Shown: piece by piece, positions 1 through 8,453 of the stretch
How the letters are laid out: each line of letters starts with the position of its first letter
Position numbering within the stretch: the stretch's first letter is position 1
Assembly: GCA_964528595.1 (NCBI GenBank)
Contig: CAZGTM010000011.1
Location: 3,061 to 67,060 of the forward strand
Source of the DNA: an uncultured Rhodospirillaceae bacterium
Lineage (GTDB): Bacteria > Pseudomonadota > Alphaproteobacteria > UBA2966
Length of the DNA: 64,000 bases
Reading direction: 5' to 3'
Program-made: the position numbers and the translations under genes
The notes under the pieces: model-generated
What the model was told of the DNA's origin: nothing
The model's database searches: none
Seen by the model: only the letters and a program-made list of their open reading frames with translations

Positions 1-544
1 CTTGATTTCCAGCCAGACCGAGCGCTGCCGAGAAATCCTGGGCCAATTGTCACGGACGCCGGAGGCCGAAGGCCGGGGCGGCGAATTCAGCCACGTCAGC
101 TTCGTCGCCTTGGTGCGGGAGGCCGCCGAGCCCCACGAGGGCGGCGACATCGATATTCAGGTCGCGGCGATCGGAGACGGCCTGCCGCCCCACGTGCCCC
201 GCCATCCGGAGATCATCCACGGCCTGGGTAACTTCGTCGAGAACGCCGTCGATTTCGCCCGCAACCGGGTTGTCATCGTGGCCAACTGGGAGGACGAGGA
301 CCTCACCATCGAAATAATCGACGACGGTCCCGGCTTTTCCGGCGATATCCTGGGCGCCCTGGGTGAACCGTACGTCACCAGCCGACGGTTGTCCGACGAC
401 GGCGGCGGCGGCATGGGGCTCGGTGTGTTCATCGCCAAGACGCTGTTGGAACGCACCGGCGCGTCCGTCGAATTTCGCAACCAGCGTGGCGGCGGCGCGA
501 AAGTTGTCATATCATGGCCCCGGCTCGATGCGATGAAGGGATAG
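1..544 (+). CDS. regB: RegB/PrrB/ActS-type sensor histidine kinase, C-terminal part (truncated by window start)
   Basis: HATPase boxes GLGNFVENAVDFA, IIDDGPGF, GEPYVT, GGMGLGVFIA; 'ERCREIL' redox-Cys segment typical of RegB; directly upstream of a RegA-like regulator. Confidence 0.9.
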   Translation, partial: LISSQTERCREILGQLSRTPEAEGRGGEFSHVSFVALVREAAEPHEGGDIDIQVAAIGDGLPPHVPRHPEIIHGLGNFVENAVDFARNRVVIVANWEDEDLTIEIIDDGPGFSGDILGALGEPYVTSRRLSDDGGGGMGLGVFIAKTLLERTGASVEFRNQRGGGAKVVISWPRLDAMKG

Positions 545-547
545 ACA

Positions 548-1141
548 ATGACCAAGGAAGACGGCGGCGCCCCCGCCGGCTCGGAAACGGCGGACGCGGA
601 CGCAGCGGGCGAGGTGGAACGCACCGTGCTGATCGTCGACGACGACGAGCCTTTCCGTAAACGCCTGGCCCTTGCGATGGAACGCCGGGGTTTCGAGGTA
701 TCCGCCGCCGAAGGCGTGGCTGAGGCGGTGGAAATCGCCAAACAAAATCCGCCGGCGTTCGCCGTGGTGGATCTGAAATTGATGGATGGCAGCGGTCTCG
801 ACATCGTGCCGGAACTTCGCGCGGCGCGGGACGACATGCGCATTGTCATGTTGACGGGTTACGGCAACATCGCGACGGCCGTGGCGGCGGTTAAATCCGG
901 CGCGGTCGACTATCTCGCCAAGCCGGCGGACGCGGACGAGATCGAAGCGGCTTTACTGGCCAAGCCCGAAGGCCATCCCGACCCGCCGGAACGGCCGATG
1001 TCGGCCGACCGCGTACGCTGGGAACACATCCAACGAGTGTTCGAGCTCTGTGATCGCAACGTTTCGGAAACGGCGCGTCGGCTCAACATGCACCGGCGCA
1101 CCCTGCAGCGCATCCTGGCCAAGCATTCGCCCCGCGAGTAG
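548..1141 (+). CDS. regA: RegA/PrrA/ActR response regulator
   Basis: REC domain (LIVDDD, VVDLKL, LTGYGNIATAV, YLAKP) and the near-invariant C-terminus PMSADRVRWEHIQRVFELCDRNVSETARRLNMHRRTLQRILAK. Confidence 0.96.
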   Translation: MTKEDGGAPAGSETADADAAGEVERTVLIVDDDEPFRKRLALAMERRGFEVSAAEGVAEAVEIAKQNPPAFAVVDLKLMDGSGLDIVPELRAARDDMRIVMLTGYGNIATAVAAVKSGAVDYLAKPADADEIEAALLAKPEGHPDPPERPMSADRVRWEHIQRVFELCDRNVSETARRLNMHRRTLQRILAKHSPRE

Positions 1142-1171
1142 GGCCTTCGGCGAATTCCGGCTGGACCGGCA

Positions 1172-2440
1172 TCAGGCCACGGTGGTCTGGCCTTTTTGCG
1201 AACTCAGCAATTGGTCGATGTAGCGGCCCTGGAACAGCGAAATACCCAGGGACTGGCCGAAGGCGACGGCGTCCTCGTCGTCGACGCGGCACAGAATGAC
1301 GCGGGCCGCGCCCGCCTGCGCCACGGATTTGCGGATCTTCTCGCAACGCGCATCCTGGCCCTCGTCGCTCAGATCGGGTGCCCAGTACATCTTTTTCAGA
1401 TCGACGCCCAGGTCTTCGCGGTTGACCAGGGGAAAGGTGAGATGGGTCAGGCCGTCGACGCAAAACCGGTAGCCGCGATCGTGAATGAACTCGCGGGCGA
1501 ACATATAAGCGCCCATGTCGCTGAAGATATCGGCGGTCTGCAGCTCAAACACCACTGCTTTCTTGGTGGCCGCCCTGAGTTGCATATCGAAGGCGAGAAA
1601 CTCCGGCGATAGCAGCGTCGAGACGTTGACGTTCAGGCTGAAGGCGCGCTCCAGGTCGGATTTCATGTCCGGCAGGGCGGCGAGCACGCGTTTATCGAGG
1701 CTTTGGGTCAACCGCTGGAACAGCGAACTGTCGGCGAACAGATCGACGCCCGGCATGAGTTGGCGCTTCAACTCGGCCATGGCGATGAAAAGCTCGTTGA
1801 AGACCAGTTTCGGCTCGTTCCCCGGGATGACCGCGCAAATGGGCTGGCGCCGGATCAGGCCGCGGATATCCATGCGGCCCAGCGCTTCCTCCAGCCGGCC
1901 CAACAGCTCCGGCGTCAACGGACCCGTGGTTTCCTGCGGGCGGGCGATACCGACGGATTGTCCGTCTTCGCCCCGGCCCTGGCGTTCGCGGTCCCGCCGC
2001 TCCTCGCTGCGGGCATAAAGCTCGTCGGCCAATTGTTTGAAGGCGTCGCGTTCGGGCGGAGTGCCGATGTCAAACCAGGTCGTGAAGCGGGCGCCGCCGC
2101 TATCGCCGGACAGGGCGACGGGGTCTTCGCTGAACAGGGCCCGAAGCTTGTCGACGACGGCCTCGATATCGCTGACCTCGGCGCCTTTGCAGGCAAACAC
2201 GAAGTCGGCGTTCTCCAGTCGGAACAGGCGGCCGTCAAATCGGCGGATCAACTGCTCAAACGACGCCGCCGCCATGCGCTGATGGTGTTCCTGTCGGTTT
2301 TGCGCCCGCAAATTCGACAGATGAATGTAGACGGCGCGCCAGCCTGTCGGGAAGCGCGACAGACGGTGGGCGTGATCGGCCAACTGCGCCTCATCGGCGC
2401 TGCGCTTCACGCTCCCAAAACTAGCTTCCGCCATGCTCAT
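1172..2440 (-). CDS. Degenerate GGDEF-like/EAL-like signalling protein
   Basis: C-terminal half follows the EAL fold pattern (RQPI, SLNVNVSTL, VFELQ, LKKM, LFQGRY) but lacks EAL, DDFGTG and EGVE motifs. Confidence 0.7.
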   Translation of the reverse strand: MSMAEASFGSVKRSADEAQLADHAHRLSRFPTGWRAVYIHLSNLRAQNRQEHHQRMAAASFEQLIRRFDGRLFRLENADFVFACKGAEVSDIEAVVDKLRALFSEDPVALSGDSGGARFTTWFDIGTPPERDAFKQLADELYARSEERRDRERQGRGEDGQSVGIARPQETTGPLTPELLGRLEEALGRMDIRGLIRRQPICAVIPGNEPKLVFNELFIAMAELKRQLMPGVDLFADSSLFQRLTQSLDKRVLAALPDMKSDLERAFSLNVNVSTLLSPEFLAFDMQLRAATKKAVVFELQTADIFSDMGAYMFAREFIHDRGYRFCVDGLTHLTFPLVNREDLGVDLKKMYWAPDLSDEGQDARCEKIRKSVAQAGAARVILCRVDDEDAVAFGQSLGISLFQGRYIDQLLSSQKGQTTVA

Positions 2441-2603
2441 GACGCGTCCCCAATTTCCCGACCGGCATATTCAGGCATTATCATCACTGATACTCCAAGA
2501 CCATTGAAGCATCGACATTTTTTTGCTTCACCCGAATATCTAAATTATCTTGCCAAATAGTGAATTGTTTCAATGATAAATTATCAAGTGCCAAATTTTT
2601 TGT

Positions 2604-3365
2604 GTGCCAAATTATGACGAAATCATGGTGAATCCAAGCGTTCCGGACGGCTGGCGGCTGTATGCGGTCGGGGATATTCACGGCCGGGCGGACCTGCTGC
2701 GCAATCTACACGCCCGGATCGCCGCGGATAGCGAACGGCCCGATCCCGAAACCGGCGCCACCGGCCCCAACATGAGGATTATTTACCTCGGCGACTATAT
2801 CGACCGGGGTGATCACAGCCGCCAGGTGGTGGAAACTCTGGTCGCCGACCGTTTGCCGGGCTTCGACCGGGTCTGCATCGGCGGCAACCACGAGCAATAT
2901 CTGCTCGAGTTTCTCGAGGATCCGGAGGTGTTTTCCGCCTGGCTGTTCAATGGCGGCGACGCCACGCTGCGCAGCTACGGCGTCGAGATCGAGGATCCGG
3001 CCTTCGGACGCGAAGGCGAGGAATGGCTGCAGCGGCAGTTCCGCGAGGCCCTGCCGGACGAACACTTGATGTTCTACCGAGATCTGGTCAGCGGGCATAG
3101 CGCCGGCGATTATTTCTTTTGTCATGCCGGCGTGCGGCCCGGTATCGCCATCGATCAGCAGGTAATCCGGGATTTGACCTGGATCCGGGACGAATTTCTT
3201 CACGCGGCGACGGATTTCGGCAAGATTGTGGTGCACGGCCATTCGGTCACCGACGACGTCGATTTTCGCGCCAACCGCATCGGCGTTGACACCGGGGCCT
3301 ACAGGTCCGGCCGGCTGAGCTGCCTCGTTCTGGAAGGCGCGTCGCGCCGGGTCATCCAAACCTGA
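2604..3365 (+). CDS. PPP-family metallophosphoesterase (Ser/Thr protein phosphatase-like)
   Basis: GDIHG, GDYIDRG, GNHE, FCHAG, VHGH, VDTG motifs; start may be ATG 2625. Confidence 0.9.
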   Translation: MPNYDEIMVNPSVPDGWRLYAVGDIHGRADLLRNLHARIAADSERPDPETGATGPNMRIIYLGDYIDRGDHSRQVVETLVADRLPGFDRVCIGGNHEQYLLEFLEDPEVFSAWLFNGGDATLRSYGVEIEDPAFGREGEEWLQRQFREALPDEHLMFYRDLVSGHSAGDYFFCHAGVRPGIAIDQQVIRDLTWIRDEFLHAATDFGKIVVHGHSVTDDVDFRANRIGVDTGAYRSGRLSCLVLEGASRRVIQT

Positions 3366-3440
3366 GGGCCTGACGCGGGCGGCGTATTCCGCTACAAGAG
3401 AAGCGGAAATTTTGCTTGATCACGATTTTTGGGGCGGCGG

Positions 3441-4025
3441 ATGGATGTTGCGGCGTTTTTAGGCGGGGAATTCAAGGCCCATCAGGAGGTGGCGGCCTCG
3501 ACCCTCGATGCGGTCGCCGAGCCGTTTGAAGCGCTGCTCGGCGCCTGCGTCGCGTCCTTCCGGGCGGGCGGTAAGATCCTCTTTCTCGGCAACGGCGGCA
3601 GTGCCGCCGACGCCCAACACCTGGCCACCGAACTGGTGGTGCGGTTCCGCCGCGACCGCGAGCCCATCGCCGCCCTGGCGCTGACCACCGACAGCTCGCT
3701 GTTGACGGCCGCCGGAAACGATCTGGGCTACGACAATGTTTTTGCCCGCCAAGTTCAGGCCCTGGCGACCGACGCCGATGTCGTCATCGGCATTTCGACC
3801 TCCGGCAACAGCGAAAACGTCGTGCGCGCGCTGGCCGCGGCCCGGGCCATCGGGGCGGTTGCCGCGGCCTTCACGGGCGACGGCGGCGGCCGGCTCTCCA
3901 CCGTGGCCGATCCCCTGATCGCCATACCCGCAACGGACACCGCGCGGATCCAGGAAATGCACATCGCCGTCGGGCATATGCTGTGCGCCGCCCTGGAAAC
4001 CGAGCTTGGCCTGGTGTCGGAATAG
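3441..4025 (+). CDS. gmhA: D-sedoheptulose 7-phosphate isomerase
   Basis: GNGGSAADAQHLA, ISTSGNS, RIQEMH motifs; next to hldE and hldD. Confidence 0.95.
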   Translation: MDVAAFLGGEFKAHQEVAASTLDAVAEPFEALLGACVASFRAGGKILFLGNGGSAADAQHLATELVVRFRRDREPIAALALTTDSSLLTAAGNDLGYDNVFARQVQALATDADVVIGISTSGNSENVVRALAAARAIGAVAAAFTGDGGGRLSTVADPLIAIPATDTARIQEMHIAVGHMLCAALETELGLVSE

Positions 4026-4029
4026 CGCG

Positions 4030-5505
4030 ATGCCCGATCACAACACCGCCATGGACCTCATCGGCCGACTGGGCAGCGCCCGCGTCGCCGTCATCGGCGA
4101 TCTCATGCTGGACCGCTACGTTTACGGCTCGGTCGAGCGGGTTTCACCCGAAGCGCCGATCCCGGTACTGGGCATCGAGCGCGATGCCGCCATGCTGGGC
4201 GGGGCCGGCAACGTGGCCCGCAATATCGCGGCGCTGGGCGCCCGGGCCGTGTTGATCGGCGTGGCCGGCGAGGATGACGCCGGCAAGGCCATCGCCGATT
4301 TGCTCGCCGGCGAAGACAACGTCGAGGCGGTTATCACGGTCTCCGCGGGACGCGCGACGTCAGTGAAAACCCGTTTTGTCGCGGCGGCTCAGCAACTCCT
4401 GCGCACCGACCGCGACGACGGGGCCGAACTGGGATCGGAAGACGCTGCCGCCGTCCGGCAATCGGCCCTGGCCGCCATCGAGGGGGCCGGCGCCGTCGTC
4501 CTGTCGGATTACGCCAAGGGCGTCCTCGGCCCCGCTTTGATCGACGCGGTCTGCGGGGCAGCACAGGCCAAGGGCATTCCCGTCATTGCCGATCCCAAAG
4601 CGCTTGATTTCGGCCGCTACCGGGGGGCCGACATCATCACGCCCAACCGGGCCGAACTGGCGGCGGCGAGCGGTGCGGCGGTCGAAAGCGATGAGGCGGC
4701 GGCCGAGGCGGCGCGCCGGATCATCGCGGACTGCGGCATCGGGGCGGTCCTGGCAACGCGCGGCGGCGACGGCATGACCCTGGTGGAAGGTTCCTCCGAA
4801 CCACTGCACATCGCCGCCCGCGCCCGCGAAGTATTCGATGTTTCGGGTGCCGGCGATACCGTCGTCGCAGCCGTGGCGGCCGGTCTGGCCGCCGGCGCCG
4901 ATCTGGCAGCGGCGGCGCAATTGGCCAATAGCGCCGCCGGCGTCGTCGTCGGCAAAGTCGGCACGGCCGTCGTTTATGCCGACGATCTCGAGGCTTCCCT
5001 GCATGCCGGTGATCTGATGGACGCCGATGCCAAGGTGGCGTCGCTCGGCCGGGCCCTCGACCGCATCGAGAAGTGGCGCCTCACGGGCGACGGCGTCGTC
5101 TTCACCAACGGCTGTTTCGACCTGATCCATCCCGGCCACGTCGCCCTTCTGGCCGAGGCCCGCGCCTGCGGCGACCGGTTGATCGTCGGCCTCAACGCCG
5201 ACGTCTCCGTCCGGCGGCTCAAGGGCGACGGCCGGCCGGTGCAGGGCGAAGCGGCCCGCGCCGCCGTGCTGGCCTCGTTCGCCGCCGTCGATCTCGTGGT
5301 CATCTTCGCCGAGGACACGCCGCTCAGCCTGATCGAGGCGCTGAAGCCGGACGTTCTCGTCAAGGGCGCCGATTATGCCGAAGACGAGGTAGTCGGCGCC
5401 GAGGCCGTCAAGGCTTACGGCGGCAAGGTCGTGCTGGCCAGAATCATCGACGGCCACAGCACGACCGATACGATTTCCAGACTGAACGCCGGAGGCGCAA
5501 CATGA
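4030..5505 (+). CDS. hldE: Bifunctional heptose 7-phosphate kinase / heptose 1-phosphate adenylyltransferase
   Basis: RVSPEAPIPV, GGAGNVA, DVSGAGDT kinase motifs plus FTNGCFDLIHPGH and VKGADY adenylyltransferase motifs. Confidence 0.95.
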   Translation: MPDHNTAMDLIGRLGSARVAVIGDLMLDRYVYGSVERVSPEAPIPVLGIERDAAMLGGAGNVARNIAALGARAVLIGVAGEDDAGKAIADLLAGEDNVEAVITVSAGRATSVKTRFVAAAQQLLRTDRDDGAELGSEDAAAVRQSALAAIEGAGAVVLSDYAKGVLGPALIDAVCGAAQAKGIPVIADPKALDFGRYRGADIITPNRAELAAASGAAVESDEAAAEAARRIIADCGIGAVLATRGGDGMTLVEGSSEPLHIAARAREVFDVSGAGDTVVAAVAAGLAAGADLAAAAQLANSAAGVVVGKVGTAVVYADDLEASLHAGDLMDADAKVASLGRALDRIEKWRLTGDGVVFTNGCFDLIHPGHVALLAEARACGDRLIVGLNADVSVRRLKGDGRPVQGEAARAAVLASFAAVDLVVIFAEDTPLSLIEALKPDVLVKGADYAEDEVVGAEAVKAYGGKVVLARIIDGHSTTDTISRLNAGGAT

Positions 5506-6488
5506 TTGTCGTGACGGGCGGCGCCGGGTTTATCGGCTCGAACATCGTCGCGGCGCTCGAGGCGCGCGGCCACCACGATGTCGTGGTCTGCGACTGGCTC
5601 GGCGCGGAGGACAAGTGGCGCAACATCGCCAAGCGCGAAATCGAAGCCGTCGTGCGGCCCGACGATCTTTTCGAATTCCTCTCCCGCGAAGGCGACAGGC
5701 TGGAGGCGGTCTTTCATATGGGGGCGATTTCCGCCACCACAGAGACCGACGGCGACAAGATCATCGAGAACAACTTCGATCTCTCCATGCACCTCTGGCA
5801 GTGGTGCATCGAGCATGGCGCCCGCTTTATCTATGCCTCCTCGGCGGCGACCTACGGCGACGGCAGCGCCGGCTTCGACGACGACGGTTCGATCGAAAGC
5901 CTGGCCGGGCTGCGGCCGCTCAACCTCTACGGCTGGTCCAAGCATCTCTTTGACCGGCGCATCGCCCGTTTGGTGGTTGACGGCGCGCCGGCGCCGAGCC
6001 AGTGGGCCGGGCTAAAATTCTTCAACGTCTACGGCCCCAACGAATACCACAAGGGCAACATGCGCAGCGTCGTCTGTCAGGTCCACGAGAGCATCAGCGA
6101 CGGCCACCCTGTCATGCTGTTCCGCTCGCACCACCCCGACTATGAGGACGGCGGCCAGATGCGGGACTTCGTGTTCGTCGACGACTGCGTCGACGTGATG
6201 ATGTGGCTTTATGACAATCCCGGCGTCAGCGGCCTGTTCAATCTCGGCAGCGGCAAGGCCCGGACGTTTTCCGACCTGGCCGCGGCGGTCTTTTCCGCCC
6301 TGGGCAAGGCGCCCGATATCAGCTTCGTCGATACGCCGGTCAATATCCGCGACAAGTACCAATACTTCACCGAAGCCGCCATGACCCGCCTGGCCGAGGC
6401 CGGCTATGTCCGGCCCTTCACCGACTTGGAAGACGGCGTGCAGACCTACGTCCGCGATTTCCTCGAAAAAGACGACCGCTACAAGTAA
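5502..6488 (+). CDS. hldD: ADP-L-glycero-D-manno-heptose 6-epimerase
   Basis: MIVVTGGAGFIGSN, YASSAATYG, PLNLYGWSK, FFNVYGPNEYHKG, KYQYFTEA; ATGA overlap with the hldE stop (the ORF-track start at 5073 is too long). Confidence 0.95.
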   Translation: MIVVTGGAGFIGSNIVAALEARGHHDVVVCDWLGAEDKWRNIAKREIEAVVRPDDLFEFLSREGDRLEAVFHMGAISATTETDGDKIIENNFDLSMHLWQWCIEHGARFIYASSAATYGDGSAGFDDDGSIESLAGLRPLNLYGWSKHLFDRRIARLVVDGAPAPSQWAGLKFFNVYGPNEYHKGNMRSVVCQVHESISDGHPVMLFRSHHPDYEDGGQMRDFVFVDDCVDVMMWLYDNPGVSGLFNLGSGKARTFSDLAAAVFSALGKAPDISFVDTPVNIRDKYQYFTEAAMTRLAEAGYVRPFTDLEDGVQTYVRDFLEKDDRYK

Positions 6489-6548
6489 CGGATCGGGCGT
6501 TTACCTTCCTTAAGCGTCTGACCCCGAACAGCGCCCAAATAGCGCCCG

Positions 6549-6995
6549 CTATTCGGGTGGCGGATCGAGCAGGGCGGTGAGACGGCGCGCCGCCGTTCGG
6601 GCGAAGGATAGCGTCAGGGCCTTGCGCCGGGCGGCGTTGACCTTGCGCACCTCGGCCTGGCGCACGATTTCGGCGCCGTAGCGGTCGGCGATAATCAATC
6701 CCTGATCCTCGGGCAGAATGTCTACCGGGAAGGTTTCGTCGACGGCGAAGTAGAAGCGGTCGCAATGGTCGAGGTAGTCCGGCCATTTGTTGTCGGCGCG
6801 GTAGTCGGCCACGGAGGACTTGATCTCAACGATGACAATGTTGCCCTTGCGCTCGATGGCGGCGACGTCGGCGCGCCGGCCGTTATTCAAATTGAATTCC
6901 TGCAGGGAGGCGTAGCCCAAATCTGCCAGCATGCGGGCCACGCCGCGGGCAAGCTGGCGGGCGGCGTCAGACCAATCCGCTGACGGCGACGGCAT
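6549..6995 (-). CDS. mmcB: MmcB family putative DNA-repair endonuclease
   Basis: GRRADV, IVEIKSS, DNKWPDYLDHCDRFYFAV, GLIIADRYGAEI signature. Confidence 0.88.
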   Translation of the reverse strand: MPSPSADWSDAARQLARGVARMLADLGYASLQEFNLNNGRRADVAAIERKGNIVIVEIKSSVADYRADNKWPDYLDHCDRFYFAVDETFPVDILPEDQGLIIADRYGAEIVRQAEVRKVNAARRKALTLSFARTAARRLTALLDPPPE

Positions 6996-7674
6996 CGTAG
7001 AGCGTGGCGAACCCGAGTCCCACAGTGGCGCTGCCCACCGTCAGATTGAGGGCGCGATAGGTGCCGGTGACGGCCCTGGCGCCGGCGCGCAACGGCAGGG
7101 CGATGGCGCAGGACAGCAAACCCATGCCGATCATCGATCCGATGCCGAAGAGGGCGATATAACCCAATCCCGCGGTGACCGAGGAGACGCTGTCGAGGGT
7201 GAGCAGGACCAGCGCGGCCGAGCCCGCCAGCCCGTGCATCAGCCCGAGCAGCAACGCCCGCCGGGGCAGGTTGCGCGCGTGGCGGTGGCTGTGCGCCGAC
7301 GCCCGGTGCTCGCCCTCGCCTCGGTGGGAGTGGGCGTGAACGTGGACCTCGTCGCCGTGGGCATGAGCGTGGAAGTGAACCCGGTCGCGCCACAAGCGCC
7401 ACAGCACATCGCCGCCCAGCGCGATCAGCATGATGCCGACCATAATCTCGGCGATCTGGGCCACCTCTCGCGCCGCCCCCCACTGGAAAACCAGGACCGC
7501 CGCGCCGAAGATGCTCAGCGTGACGGTATGCCCCACACCCCAGGCCAGGCCGAGCCGGACGGTGCGCCCGACCGACGAGCTCGCCGTGGCCAGCGAGGCG
7601 ACGGCGGCAACGTGATCGGCTTCCAGCGCATGCTTCATGCCGATCAGCAGGCCGAGGAACAGGATTGAGGTCAT
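6967..7674 (-). CDS. High-affinity Ni/Co transporter, UreH/HoxN-like
   Basis: HALEADHVAAV, WGVGHT, His-rich loop HFHAHAHGDEVHVHAHSH, GLMHGLAGSA; about six hydrophobic segments. Confidence 0.82.
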   Translation of the reverse strand: MTSILFLGLLIGMKHALEADHVAAVASLATASSSVGRTVRLGLAWGVGHTVTLSIFGAAVLVFQWGAAREVAQIAEIMVGIMLIALGGDVLWRLWRDRVHFHAHAHGDEVHVHAHSHRGEGEHRASAHSHRHARNLPRRALLLGLMHGLAGSAALVLLTLDSVSSVTAGLGYIALFGIGSMIGMGLLSCAIALPLRAGARAVTGTYRALNLTVGSATVGLGFATLYDAVAVSGLV

Positions 7675-7819
7675 GGAGGAGAAAATCCGGGAAGGGGGGT
7701 AGACGTCGTCATTATAAGCGCTCCCGGCCCGCCAGCGCCATGCCGGAGTGCGATATCGCACCCACGGAACGGAGAATTTATAACCTTAAGAAAATTGTGG
7801 TTTAATTTATGCATTATGC

Positions 7820-7833
7820 TTGATCTACGTCAA
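7820..7833. promoter_or_regulatory. FNR/DNR-type box TTGAT-ctac-GTCAA
   Basis: One mismatch to TTGAT-N4-ATCAA; TATCCT at 7855-7860 and GGAGGA at 7869-7874 fit a class II (-41.5) promoter for the 7884 ORF. Confidence 0.8.
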
Positions 7834-7883
7834 GTGACCTTTGGGGCGAAACCTTATCCTTCAGTCCCGGAGGATCAGTTGTC

Positions 7884-8066
7884 ATGGAATACGTTTATTT
7901 CACGATTGTGGCCATCGGGGCCTACATAATTTCCGACCGTCTGCTCGACTGGCTGGAGCGCCGGCGCGGTGAGCGGTTCGAATATCGGCAAGTTTACTTC
8001 TTCGCCATCCTGTTGGTTCTGGCCGTCGGCTCGTTCCAAATCATCGGCTTGTTGTCGCAGCAATAG
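7884..8066 (+). CDS. Small two-helix membrane protein (60 aa), unknown function
   Basis: GGAGGA RBS, two hydrophobic segments flanking a basic loop, own FNR-type box. Confidence 0.75.
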   Translation: MEYVYFTIVAIGAYIISDRLLDWLERRRGERFEYRQVYFFAILLVLAVGSFQIIGLLSQQ

Positions 8067-8106
8067 GCGAAGCATCGTGATGACGATCCAAATCCAACAT
8101 TCAAGT

Positions 8107-8121
8107 GCGGCATTCCGTCGC
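8107..8121. promoter_or_regulatory. RegA/RegR-type box GCGGC-attcc-GTCGC
   Basis: Exact match to the GCGGC-N5-GTCGC consensus, within the inverted repeat AAGTGCG...CGCACTT (8103-8125), upstream of the heme-copper operon. Confidence 0.65.
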
Positions 8122-8146
8122 ACTTTACCCCTGGCACGAGACAATC

Positions 8147-8160
8147 TTGATCAACGTCAA
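8147..8160. promoter_or_regulatory. FNR/DNR-type box TTGAT-caac-GTCAA
   Basis: One mismatch to consensus; about 110 nt upstream of the first gene of the heme-copper operon. Confidence 0.82.
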
Positions 8161-8267
8161 GGCTCCGCCCGCGCGGACGGTGTGATGTGTCGAACACTTG
8201 GCTGGGAGCGCTGTTTCTGCGCCCGGCCCGCCATTCATTGGCAAATATTTTTTTTGGGAGGTAGCCC

Positions 8268-8441
8268 ATGACCAATCAAGACGATGCGTCGCAGACCGGC
8301 GGCGACGACGAGCACGTCCCGTTCATGCAGCGTGTGCTCGACAATCATTTTTTGCTGCTCTTCATCGGCGTCGTGATGCCGACGGTTTTCTACATCCTCT
8401 GGGGGATTATGGAAATCGCCACAATCCCGATCGCCAGTTAG
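8268..8441 (+). CDS. 57-aa single-TM protein, probable small subunit of the heme-copper enzyme (absent from the ORF track)
   Basis: GGGAGGT RBS; translates to MTNQDDASQTGGDDEHVPFMQRVLDNHFLLLFIGVVMPTVFYILWGIMEIATIPIAS; its stop overlaps the RBS of subunit II. Confidence 0.85.
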   Translation: MTNQDDASQTGGDDEHVPFMQRVLDNHFLLLFIGVVMPTVFYILWGIMEIATIPIAS

Positions 8442-8453
8442 GAGGCCTGACCA

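Noticed and set aside
2551-2612. Sigma54 promoter from TGGCA half-sites on the minus strand
   Set aside because: No TTGC at the required -12 spacing after any copy
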